From an uncultured Gammaproteobacteria bacterium (GTDB lineage: Bacteria; Patescibacteriota; Patescibacteriia; Patescibacteriales; JAGXOH01): a stretch of DNA of 33,616 bases. Below are positions 14,499 through 23,276 of the stretch, in pieces. The DNA lies in the NCBI GenBank assembly GCA_964512155.1, contig CAZEHL010000003.1, positions 1 through 33,616 of the forward strand. Reading direction: 5' to 3'. A program made the translations under genes and the position numbers. The notes under the pieces were generated by a model. That model did not search any database, was not told the origin of the DNA, and saw only the letters and a list, made by a program, of their open reading frames with translations. Numbering within the stretch: the first letter of the stretch is position 1; each line of letters begins with the position of its first letter.

Positions 14499-16145
14499 AT
14501 GGATCAAGAGCGAGCTTTACAAATAATGAAGACCGGCAGGAATGTTTATTTAACCGGAGTGGCCGGAAGCGGCAAGACCTATGTTTTGAATCAATATATC
14601 CGTTATTTAAAAGAGCATAATATGGAAGTGGCGGTGACGGCTTCCACCGGCATTGCGGCCACCCATTTGGGCGGGGTGACCATACACTCTTGGAGCGGAC
14701 TCGGCATCAGAGAATTTCTAACCGATATGGAGATAGATGAGTTGGAGCAAAAAGAGTATTTATATAAAAGGATCATAAAGACCAATGTATTGATCATCGA
14801 CGAAGTATCCATGCTAAAGCCGGGTTTTTTCGATTCCTTGGAGAGGCTTTGTCGGGCTATTAGAAAGGAAGAAAGTCCTTTTGGCGGGATTCAGTTGGTA
14901 TTATCCGGAGACTTCTTCCAGTTGCCCCCCATAAATCGAGAAGGTGAAGATATTGAGTTTATAGATAGATCCCATGCTTGGCATAGTATGGACCTTCGCG
15001 TATGTTATTTACAAGAACAATTCCGGCATCAAGACAAGATATTGGAAGGCATCTTAAATGAGATGCGTTCCGGCTGGGTATCTGAGCCGTCCAAAAAAAG
15101 AATTTATGGCTTGGCCGAGCAAAACAGAGAATATGATATCACTCCCACCAGACTATACACCCATAACGCCAATGTGGATAGGATAAATGAAATGGAAATG
15201 GATAAATTGCCCGGCCGGGAAGAATGGTTTGTTATGAATTCCAAAGGCAAGAAGGCTATGGTGGATAAATTAAAAAAATCTACTTTGGCCCTGGAAGAGC
15301 TTCGCTTGAAAAAGGATGCCATAGTGATGTTTGTTAAAAATAATTTTGAAGAAGGATATGTAAATGGAACCTTGGGGATGGTCAAGGGTTTTCAAGACGG
15401 TTTGCCGGCGGTGGAGACCTTTGCCGGTTCTCGAGTTTTAGTGGAGCCGGCCCAATGGAGTTTTGAAGAAGACGGTAAAACTTTGGCGATGATCGAACAG
15501 ATTCCCTTGCGGCCGGCTTGGGCCATAACCATTCATAAAAGCCAGGGAATGAGTTTGGACGCGGCCGAGATCGATCTTTCTTCCTCTTTTGTGGCTGGCC
15601 AGGGGTATGTGGCTTTATCGCGAGTACGCACTTTGGCCGGTATTTTTCTCAAAGGAATAAATGAAACGGCGTTTGCCGTCCATCCTTATGTGTTGGATCT
15701 GGATAGGTGGTTACTCCGGGAATCAAAGAAATGGGAAGAAGTAACCGAGCGTTTTTCAGAAGAGGATTTTCAAAAATTGCATAACGATTTTATTATCAGA
15801 TGCGGCGGAGATCTGGAAGCCAAACAATTAGAGGAGCCGGAAAAGATCAAGGAAAAAGTGTCCACTTTTGAAAAAACCCGCCGAATGGTGGAAGAGGGGT
15901 TTTCTTTGGAAGAAATAGCCAAGCAACGCGGAGTTCAAAAAAGGACCATCCTTTCCCACCTGGAAAAGTTAAAAGAGAATGAAGTTGAAGCGGATTGGAA
16001 CCGATTTGCGCCGGCAAAAGAAGATTTTGAAATAATCAAGCAAACATTTGACAATTTTCCGGATCAGAAACTTAAACCGGTTTACAAGGAATTGGGTGAA
16101 AAATATTCCTATGAAACAATTCAGTTGGTGCGTTTATTTTTGTAG
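14499..16145 (+). CDS. Pif1/RecD-like SF1B DNA helicase with C-terminal helix-turn-helix domain
   Basis: Walker A GVAGSGKT, Walker B LIIDEVSM, ITIHKSQGMSLD, YVALSRVR. The C-terminal FSLEEIAKQRGVQKRTILSHLEKL is HTH-like. Confidence 0.85.
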   Translation: MDQERALQIMKTGRNVYLTGVAGSGKTYVLNQYIRYLKEHNMEVAVTASTGIAATHLGGVTIHSWSGLGIREFLTDMEIDELEQKEYLYKRIIKTNVLIIDEVSMLKPGFFDSLERLCRAIRKEESPFGGIQLVLSGDFFQLPPINREGEDIEFIDRSHAWHSMDLRVCYLQEQFRHQDKILEGILNEMRSGWVSEPSKKRIYGLAEQNREYDITPTRLYTHNANVDRINEMEMDKLPGREEWFVMNSKGKKAMVDKLKKSTLALEELRLKKDAIVMFVKNNFEEGYVNGTLGMVKGFQDGLPAVETFAGSRVLVEPAQWSFEEDGKTLAMIEQIPLRPAWAITIHKSQGMSLDAAEIDLSSSFVAGQGYVALSRVRTLAGIFLKGINETAFAVHPYVLDLDRWLLRESKKWEEVTERFSEEDFQKLHNDFIIRCGGDLEAKQLEEPEKIKEKVSTFEKTRRMVEEGFSLEEIAKQRGVQKRTILSHLEKLKENEVEADWNRFAPAKEDFEIIKQTFDNFPDQKLKPVYKELGEKYSYETIQLVRLFL

Positions 16146-16208
16146 ATGATAACTTTACATATTAGCTATAATAGTGTTGTTTAGAAGATGCGGGTAAATA
16201 TTTAAGAA

Positions 16209-16280
16209 GCGAAAGCGATTATTTTTGTTAACTTTGCCTACCTACCATACCCGTAGGTTAACAAAAATAATCGCTTTCTC
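16209..16280. other. Long perfect hairpin (22-bp stem, 24-nt loop), function unknown
   Basis: GAAAGCGATTATTTTTGTTAAC (16211-16232) pairs perfectly with GTTAACAAAAATAATCGCTTTC (16257-16278). The loop contains a nested CCTAC...GTAGG stem. Confidence 0.8.
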
Positions 16281-16354
16281 GAAAAAAGAAGACCGCAGCA
16301 AGCAGATCTAAAAAATTATTAATCATTTTAAATTTAATAACCGACTACATTTAT

Positions 16355-17293
16355 ATGAACAAATGCTTAATAACCGGCGGAGCCGGGTTTATCGGTTCCA
16401 ATCTGGCGGATAAATTAAAAAAGAATGGATGGGAGGTGGTAATAATCGATGATCTTTCTTCCGGCAAAAGGGATTACATCCCATCCGGCGCAAGTTTTTA
16501 TCAAGTTGATATCGCCGACAAAGAACAAGTAAAGAAAGTTTTTAAAGAAGAATTCGGTAAACAAAAAATAGATGCGGTCTTTCATTTGGCGGCCCAAATC
16601 GATGTTCGAATTTCGGTTAAGGATCCTGTTTTGGATAATAATATAAATGTTTTGGGAGGGTTGAATATTTTGGAAAATTGTCAAAAATTCGGAGTAAAAA
16701 AGATCGTTTTTACTTCCACCGGCGGAGCTCTTTATGACAGCGATGACGAAATTCCCACCACTGAAAACCAAATACCAAAGCCCATCTCTCCTTATGGAAT
16801 ACATAAATTAACCTTTGAGCATTATCTTAATTATTATTATCATGTCTTTGGACAAAAATACACCGCTTTAAGACTGGCCAATGTTTACGGACCGCGCCAA
16901 TTCAAAGGCGGAGAGGCCGGAGTTATTACCATTTTTATAGACAATGCCGTTCGCGGAAAGCAAAGCGTCTTATACGGAGACGGCAAACAGACCAGGGATT
17001 TTGTGTATGTGGATGATGTTTTGAACGCTTTGGAAAAAGCTTATTATTCCGATTTTGCCGGATGCTTGAATATAGGCAGGGGGGTGGAAACCAACATTTT
17101 AGAGGTTATAGAAAATATTGAATCCGCCATTGAAGGAAAGATGGATATAATTCAAGAAGAGGCTCGGGCCGGAGAGGTGAAGAGAAGTTGTCTTAACCCT
17201 TCTCTTGCCGAGCAAATATTAAAGTGGAGGCCAAAAGTGGATTTAGCCGAGGGGGTGAGACGGACTGTTCAATGGTCTCAAGAGAACATATGA
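16355..17293 (+). CDS. NAD-dependent epimerase/dehydratase (UDP-glucose 4-epimerase-like SDR)
   Basis: Rossmann motif GGAGFIGSNL, catalytic YGIHK (YxxxK), extended-SDR length. Confidence 0.85.
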   Translation: MNKCLITGGAGFIGSNLADKLKKNGWEVVIIDDLSSGKRDYIPSGASFYQVDIADKEQVKKVFKEEFGKQKIDAVFHLAAQIDVRISVKDPVLDNNINVLGGLNILENCQKFGVKKIVFTSTGGALYDSDDEIPTTENQIPKPISPYGIHKLTFEHYLNYYYHVFGQKYTALRLANVYGPRQFKGGEAGVITIFIDNAVRGKQSVLYGDGKQTRDFVYVDDVLNALEKAYYSDFAGCLNIGRGVETNILEVIENIESAIEGKMDIIQEEARAGEVKRSCLNPSLAEQILKWRPKVDLAEGVRRTVQWSQENI

Positions 17294-17330
17294 TTAAATT
17301 TTAGTATTTTTTGTTTATTTTAGCCTTAAG

Positions 17331-17358
17331 TTGCCAAATTCTCGGTTTCTTTTATAAT
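17331..17358 (+). promoter_or_regulatory. Sigma70-like promoter for the M23 peptidase gene
   Basis: TTGCCA (17331-17336), 16-nt spacer, TATAAT (17353-17358). Confidence 0.45.
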
Positions 17359-17399
17359 AAGATATGTAGTCATCTTTAAAAACGCACTAGGCGTTATAT

Positions 17400-18716
17400 A
17401 TGGCAAATAAAAGATTTCAAGCTATAACGGGCTTTATACTATTTATTGCTATTCTTTCCACAGCCGCTGTTTTTTTATACTCTCAAGAAAAAACAACGGC
17501 CTTTTGGAGTGATAAGGATCCGGAAAAAAAGGAAAAAAAGACGAACCGCACCGCTTCTTCTTCCAAGACGGCACTTGAAAAAGAGGAAAAGAAAAATCAA
17601 GACAAGATAAAAAAGGTGGATATTGAATCCGGAATAAATTATATCGATTTAATGAAAGACAACGGGTTGGATTATGAGCAAGCCATAAAGATCTATAACA
17701 CAGCCAAAGATAAATATGACCTGGCCGGTATAAGCGCCGGGAAATGCTTGGAAATGATCTATACTCCGGAAGATAAGTTGAAAAGAATCGTGTATGAAAT
17801 AAACTCGAATGATCGGCTTGTTGTGGAAAACAATACTCTCTGCCGGGCGGATGAAGCAAGGTCGGCTTCGGATGAAAAAGAAAAGTGGTCTGCCAAAATT
17901 GAATCCATCCCTTATAAAACGGAAGTGGAAGTATCGGAAGGCAATGTCGAATCTTCTTTTTACAGTTCCGCTTTGGACCAAGGGTTGGATGAAAGGACTA
18001 TAATAAAATTCGCTGAAGCGTTCCAGTGGACCGTGGATTTTGCCATGGGAGTCCGAAAGGGGGACACTTTTAAGCTGGTTTATGAAAAAAAATATTTGGA
18101 CGGGGAGTATGTTAGGCCGGGACGCATTTTAGCAGCCAGGTATGTTAATGACGGAGAAGAGCATGAGTTGTATTATTATGAAGGATCAGGGGATGAAGCC
18201 GGGTATTTTACCTATGAAGGCGAATCGGCCCAAAAAATGTTCTTAAAGGCCCCGGTGGCTTACAAACATATTTCTTCCGGATATTCAACAGGCCCCAGAT
18301 ATATTTCCAAGTTTAAAACCTTTACCAGCTCTCATAAAGCGATAGATTATGCGGCCGAAACAGGCACTCCCATAAGAGCGGTGGGGGACGGAGTTGTAAC
18401 AAGCGCCGGTTGGAGTAGCGCCGGCTATGGATATTTAACCACTATCAGGCATAATTCCACCTATACCACCAAATATGCTCATCAAGCGAGAATAGATGTT
18501 TCTGCCGGAGAAAAAGTTAAACAAGGAGATGTTATCGGAACCGTTGGTTCCACCGGTTTTTCCACCGGCCCTCATTTGCATTATGAAATGATCAAAAACG
18601 GAGCAAAGATCAATCCCTTATCCCTTGAATTGCCGGCCGGAGAGTCTGTCAGTTCCGAAAAAATGGAAGATTTCCATAAGTCCATAGAGGATTATAAGCA
18701 AAGACTGGATCGTTAG
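17400..18716 (+). CDS. M23-family (LytM-type) peptidoglycan metalloendopeptidase, membrane-anchored
   Basis: N-terminal anchor. HKAIDYAAETGTPIRAVGDGVV and GSTGFSTGPHLHYEM (HxxxD / HxH zinc motifs). Confidence 0.85.
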   Translation: MANKRFQAITGFILFIAILSTAAVFLYSQEKTTAFWSDKDPEKKEKKTNRTASSSKTALEKEEKKNQDKIKKVDIESGINYIDLMKDNGLDYEQAIKIYNTAKDKYDLAGISAGKCLEMIYTPEDKLKRIVYEINSNDRLVVENNTLCRADEARSASDEKEKWSAKIESIPYKTEVEVSEGNVESSFYSSALDQGLDERTIIKFAEAFQWTVDFAMGVRKGDTFKLVYEKKYLDGEYVRPGRILAARYVNDGEEHELYYYEGSGDEAGYFTYEGESAQKMFLKAPVAYKHISSGYSTGPRYISKFKTFTSSHKAIDYAAETGTPIRAVGDGVVTSAGWSSAGYGYLTTIRHNSTYTTKYAHQARIDVSAGEKVKQGDVIGTVGSTGFSTGPHLHYEMIKNGAKINPLSLELPAGESVSSEKMEDFHKSIEDYKQRLDR

Positions 18717-18741
18717 ACAATATTATCAAATTCAAAATATT

Positions 18742-20283
18742 ATGAAGATAAAAACCGGAAAAATATTGATTCTTATAAGCATGTTAGTATTATGCGGAGT
18801 TCCTTTTTGGGTCGATTCGGTTGATAGCTCGGTATCCAAAATGAAAGGCAGGATATTATTGCAAGTGGAAAAGAACGGAGAAGCTTGGTACGTAATACCT
18901 GAAACAGGAGAAAGGGTTTTTCTTTCCAGGCCGGCCGATGCTTTACAAGTAATGAAAAAATATAGTCTGGGGGTAAACCATAGGGATCTTTTGGAATTCA
19001 AGCTTTCCGGCTTTCCGGAGAAGTTGGCCGGTAAAATACTTTTGGATGTTGAAGATAAGGGTAAAGCTTACTATATTTCTCCGGATACTCTAAAAGAACA
19101 TTATCTGGGCCGTCCGGGGGATGCTTTTCAACTGATGCGGGAAAAAGGATTGGGAATAAGCGATAAATATTTGGTTAAAATACCGGAGGTGGCGGACAAC
19201 CAAGATACGGACATTGACAATGGATCTTTGGCAAACGGAGATAAAGATCTGTCCGCGGTTTCCGGCAATAAAAGCTATAGTTGGGAGTATAAGGGAAAAG
19301 AATTCAATATAAAATTGAATCTTTTCGATTCCGTCTATGATCATTATCGAAACAAACCAAAGGTTATCACTTATTTAGCTGATGAAGAATTTACGGATAA
19401 AACCGAAAAGTATTTCAACCATTATTTAAATACGGAATTCGCCGATGATACTTTTGTTGACTTGGCCTCAAGTATAAAAAAAGAGGCCGAAGAAGCCGGA
19501 CTAAACGAGAATGAGACTCTGGAGTTGGCATCGACATTTGTTCAATCCATTCCTTATGATCATGAATTGGCGGAAAATATATTAAATAACCCCGGAGATC
19601 ATTACATGAAATATCCTTATGAGGTTTTGTATGAAGGGAGCGGAACGTGTGGCGGAAAATCGTTTTTAACTGTTTTGTTATTTGATCGATTGGGCTACGG
19701 AACGGCATTATTCGAATTCAAAGAAGACAACCATTTGGCTCCGGCGGTAAAATGTTCTCCGGAGCATTCCACTTATAGTTCCGGTTATTGCTATGTGGAA
19801 GCAACCATCAAAGGTTACCCCATAGGTATCATGCCGGAAGACAATCCAACCGAGCCGAGTAATCCGAAAACGATTGAAAGCCAAGAAAATATTACCAACA
19901 TAACTCAAGATATATCCGATTTAAGCGAAGGAGAAATTCATCGAAAAACCGAAGGAAATACTTATACCGGCATCAAAGATAACATCGAAAGTTTTCAATA
20001 TATAACAGAACTAAAAAAGGATATAAAAGAAGAAAAGACATCCTTGGAAAAGAAAAGAGAAGAATTGAACAGCCTAAAAGAAGAGACCAAAACATTAAGG
20101 GATGAGTTGGATCGATATAAAAAAAACGAAGAATATGATAAGTATAATAACCTGCTTCCTTCCTATAATGATAAAGTTCAGAAAATAGAAAAAGAGGTCG
20201 AGGAATATAACGCATTGGTCAACAATTATAACAAGAAAACAAACGAATATAATTCTTTAAGCGCCGAGTTATATCAATATTGA
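18742..20283 (+). CDS. Secreted protein: two ~50-aa tandem repeats, putative transglutaminase-like Cys/His core, C-terminal coiled coil
   Basis: Signal/anchor at the N-terminus. Repeats GRILLQVEKNGEAWYVIPETGERVFLSRPADALQVMKKYSLGV and GKILLDVEDKGKAYYISPDTLKEHYLGRPGDAFQLMREKGLGI. Then GSGTCGGKSFL...NHLAPAV...YVEAT, followed by a heptad-rich tail. Confidence 0.65.
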   Translation: MKIKTGKILILISMLVLCGVPFWVDSVDSSVSKMKGRILLQVEKNGEAWYVIPETGERVFLSRPADALQVMKKYSLGVNHRDLLEFKLSGFPEKLAGKILLDVEDKGKAYYISPDTLKEHYLGRPGDAFQLMREKGLGISDKYLVKIPEVADNQDTDIDNGSLANGDKDLSAVSGNKSYSWEYKGKEFNIKLNLFDSVYDHYRNKPKVITYLADEEFTDKTEKYFNHYLNTEFADDTFVDLASSIKKEAEEAGLNENETLELASTFVQSIPYDHELAENILNNPGDHYMKYPYEVLYEGSGTCGGKSFLTVLLFDRLGYGTALFEFKEDNHLAPAVKCSPEHSTYSSGYCYVEATIKGYPIGIMPEDNPTEPSNPKTIESQENITNITQDISDLSEGEIHRKTEGNTYTGIKDNIESFQYITELKKDIKEEKTSLEKKREELNSLKEETKTLRDELDRYKKNEEYDKYNNLLPSYNDKVQKIEKEVEEYNALVNNYNKKTNEYNSLSAELYQY

Positions 20284-20367
20284 TCCGCAACGGGTAAAGT
20301 TTTTTCTATAGTCAAGGACCGTTTTATGTGTTAATCTATATATAGATATTAACTTAAATTCAACTAT

Positions 20368-20913
20368 ATGCGGATTGAACAAAAATTACCACAATTCAGC
20401 GATCAAAAAACCCTTATTATAGTTACCGGGCGTCAAGAGGCCGTTGCTTACATTGCCCTAAACGGAGAAATAAAAGAAAAAGAAAGATTGGAAGTGGAAG
20501 ATCCGGGCTACTCCGACAGAGAAGGTTTTTTTATGAGCAGCGGAGGAACAGCCGGAACATACAAAGCCGGTTCTGTATACAAAGAAAACATCACTCAAAA
20601 TTTAACCAAACAATTCTTAAATCAACTTCAAGAAAAGGTAAAAAATTTGGTCAAAAAAGAAAAAGCGGAAACGATCTATTTATTCTGCCCGGATTATATG
20701 AAAAAAGAGATCATGAGCAAATTTCCCAAAGCGTTAAAAAAAGATATTCAAACAATCAGATCCGGGAATTATATCGGGTCTCATCCGTTTGTATTGTTGG
20801 AATATATTAAAAAAGAGGGTGAAAAAAAGAAAGAAAAAACGGTAACCCCCATAAAAGAAAAGGCTATGAAAATATTGAAAAAAACCACCCGCTTTTCCAA
20901 CAAAGACCAATAG
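20368..20913 (+). CDS. Hypothetical protein, possibly Host_attach / bacterial eRF1-like family
   Basis: The layout is collinear with my memory of Host_attach proteins: LIIVTGRQEAVAY, a Gly-rich loop SSGGTAGTYKAGS, then IYLFCPDYMKKEI...GSHP. Tentative. Confidence 0.45.
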   Translation: MRIEQKLPQFSDQKTLIIVTGRQEAVAYIALNGEIKEKERLEVEDPGYSDREGFFMSSGGTAGTYKAGSVYKENITQNLTKQFLNQLQEKVKNLVKKEKAETIYLFCPDYMKKEIMSKFPKALKKDIQTIRSGNYIGSHPFVLLEYIKKEGEKKKEKTVTPIKEKAMKILKKTTRFSNKDQ

Positions 20914-20944
20914 TATTTAAAAGCAAAAGAACAGACTCGGCACG

Positions 20945-20973
20945 AAAAAGCCACTTTATCCCGGTGGCTTTTT
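20945..20973 (+). terminator. Intrinsic terminator
   Basis: AAAAAGCCAC-TTTATCCCG-GTGGCTTTTT. Confidence 0.65.
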
Positions 20974-21026
20974 GAACAAAAGATAAGTTGACTTGTATAA
21001 CTTTTTTATACACATTATTAAAATTT

Positions 21027-21926
21027 ATGGAAGAATGCCGGCTTTACAATAAATTGGATAATAATAAAATCCAATGTTTGGCTTGCTTTCATTTTTGCAT
21101 TGTTGAAGAAGGTAAAACCGGTTTATGCGGTGTCAGGCAAAACAAGAAAGGCGTTTTTTATTCTTTGGTTTACGGCCGGGTTGCCGCGGCCAACATCGAT
21201 CCGGTTGAAAAAAAGCCTTTATTTCATTTTTTGCCCGGAAGTTACGCTTTTTCAGTGGGTACTCTCGGATGCAATTTTTTTTGCGCCAATTGCCAGAATT
21301 TTGATATTTCTCAAATGTTCGGCGCCAAAGGGAATGTGGAAAAATATGGAGAATTTAATTTGGGAGATATCTTATCTCCGGAGCAAATAGTTGCATCGGC
21401 CATTAAATACGGATGTGAAAGCATTGCTTATACTTACAATGAGCCGACCGTTTTTTTGGAGTATGCTTTGGATACAATGAAGATTGCTAAGCAAAAGGGG
21501 GTAAAGAATATTTGGGTATCCAACGGTTATATGTCTGAGCAAACCTTGAATTTGATCGCGCCTTATTTGGATGCGATCAATATAGATATAAAATCTTGGA
21601 GCGAGGATTTTTATAAAGAATACTGCGGAGCCGAGGTGAAGCCCGTATTGGATAATTGCCAAAAATTAAAGGAAGAAGGAGTATGGCCGGAGATAACCAC
21701 TTTATTGATCCCCGGCCTAACCGATAATAATGAAGATATTCAAAGGATAGCCGGCTTTATCAAAAATAAACTGGGGCCGGAAATCCCTTGGCATATATCC
21801 GCTTTTTCTTCCCGAATTTCGTGGAAATTGCAAAATTTGCCCGACACTTCTCCGGAAAAAATGGAGAAAGCGAAAAGAATAGGAGAAGAAGCGGGCTTGA
21901 AATATGTGTATTTGGGTAATATATAA
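21027..21926 (+). CDS. AmmeMemoRadiSam-system-type radical SAM enzyme (PFL-activase-like)
   Basis: CNFFCANC (CxxxCxxC) cluster. N-terminal Cys-rich CLACFHFC...GLCGVRQN and DPVEKKPLFHFLPGS. The ATG at 21027 is preferred over the upstream start at 20988. Confidence 0.8.
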   Translation: MEECRLYNKLDNNKIQCLACFHFCIVEEGKTGLCGVRQNKKGVFYSLVYGRVAAANIDPVEKKPLFHFLPGSYAFSVGTLGCNFFCANCQNFDISQMFGAKGNVEKYGEFNLGDILSPEQIVASAIKYGCESIAYTYNEPTVFLEYALDTMKIAKQKGVKNIWVSNGYMSEQTLNLIAPYLDAINIDIKSWSEDFYKEYCGAEVKPVLDNCQKLKEEGVWPEITTLLIPGLTDNNEDIQRIAGFIKNKLGPEIPWHISAFSSRISWKLQNLPDTSPEKMEKAKRIGEEAGLKYVYLGNI

Positions 21927-21947
21927 TGCTAATAATAAAAATTATAA

Positions 21948-23165
21948 ATGGTTTTTTTTAAAAAGAACAAACAAAAAAACAAGCCTGCGAGAATCGGAAT
22001 TGACGCCCGCTTTTACGGTCCTCCGGGTAAAGGATTGGGAAGATACGCCCAAGAAATAGTGGATAATATCTTGGAAAGGGATAAAGAAAATCAATATGTG
22101 ATCTTTTTGAACAGTGAAAATTATGGAGAGTTGACGGTAAATAACGATAATGTGGAAAAAATTTTAACCGATGTAAGATGGTATACCGTCAAAGAGCAAC
22201 TAATAATGCCTTTTTTGATATGGAAGAAAAAATTGGATCTGATCCATTTTCCCCATTTCAATGTTCCCGTTTTAACCCCGACCAAGTTCGTTGTCACCAT
22301 ACATGACCTTATTTTAACCAAATTTCCCACTCCCCGGGCCTCTACATTGGGGCCGTTCTTGTATAAGATCAAGAATTCGGCTTACAAAATAACCATTAAT
22401 ACCGCCGTTAAAAGAGCCGAAAAAATATTTGCCGTTTCCGAATTTACCAAAAAGGACATTATGGATAAATTCAATGTTCAAGCCGCTAAAATAAAAGTAA
22501 CCTATGAAGGGGTGGCCGAGAATTTTCAACAAAAAAAACATTCATCCCTGTATAAAGATACCAATCTCTCGGATGACAAAAAAATGCTTTTAAGTTATAA
22601 TATAAAAAAGGATTTTTTTCTGTATGTAGGAAACGCTTATCCGCATAAGAACTTGGAAAAATTATTGGATGTATTTAATGAATTCAACCGCCGATATCCG
22701 GATAAACAATTGGTCTTGGTCGGCAAAGAGGATTATTTTTATAAAAGGTTAAAAGAAAAAGCGAGAAAGGATGGCTTGTGGACGGAAAAAAAAGACGGTC
22801 TCCCGGTTGTATTTGCCGGATATGTAAAAGACGAAGATCTAAGGATCTTATATAAAAACGCTTTGGCTTATGTTTTCCCTTCCATGTACGAGGGGTTCGG
22901 TTTACCTCCCTTGGAAGCCATGGCCAACAACTGCTTGGTTTTAAGTTCGGATAAGGCCAGCATGCCGGAGATATTGGGTGAAGCGGCCATATATTTTAAC
23001 CCTGAAAAAAGTAAGGATATATTGGATAAACTTGAAAAGGCGATCCATCTTGAGCGAAGCGAATCGGAAAAAATGAAAGAAAAAGGCAAAAAGCAGGTGG
23101 AAAAATATAGTTGGCAAGAATGTGCCCGAGAAACCCATAAAGTTTATATAAGCATTACCGGATGA
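21948..23165 (+). CDS. Glycosyltransferase family 1 (GT4-type)
   Basis: C-terminal EGFGLPPLEAMA (EX7E region), GT-B length and layout. Confidence 0.85.
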   Translation: MVFFKKNKQKNKPARIGIDARFYGPPGKGLGRYAQEIVDNILERDKENQYVIFLNSENYGELTVNNDNVEKILTDVRWYTVKEQLIMPFLIWKKKLDLIHFPHFNVPVLTPTKFVVTIHDLILTKFPTPRASTLGPFLYKIKNSAYKITINTAVKRAEKIFAVSEFTKKDIMDKFNVQAAKIKVTYEGVAENFQQKKHSSLYKDTNLSDDKKMLLSYNIKKDFFLYVGNAYPHKNLEKLLDVFNEFNRRYPDKQLVLVGKEDYFYKRLKEKARKDGLWTEKKDGLPVVFAGYVKDEDLRILYKNALAYVFPSMYEGFGLPPLEAMANNCLVLSSDKASMPEILGEAAIYFNPEKSKDILDKLEKAIHLERSESEKMKEKGKKQVEKYSWQECARETHKVYISITG

Positions 23166-23276
23166 ATATTCGAAAATAATTTCACTTTTTTATCCGTGGA
23201 AGTTATTAATGTTATTTTTTGGATTTTAATTTTTCCGAACAATTTTTAAAAAGCCTTGAAGACATTGCAAGTATTT

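Noticed and set aside
20334-20347. 14-bp palindrome ATCTATATATAGAT plus AAATTCAAC as another copy of the shared promoter cassette driving 20368
   Set aside because: The -35-like TTCAAC would end only 4 nt before the ATG at 20368, and no alternative downstream start exists. It cannot be this gene's promoter in that layout, although the half-site similarity is noted.
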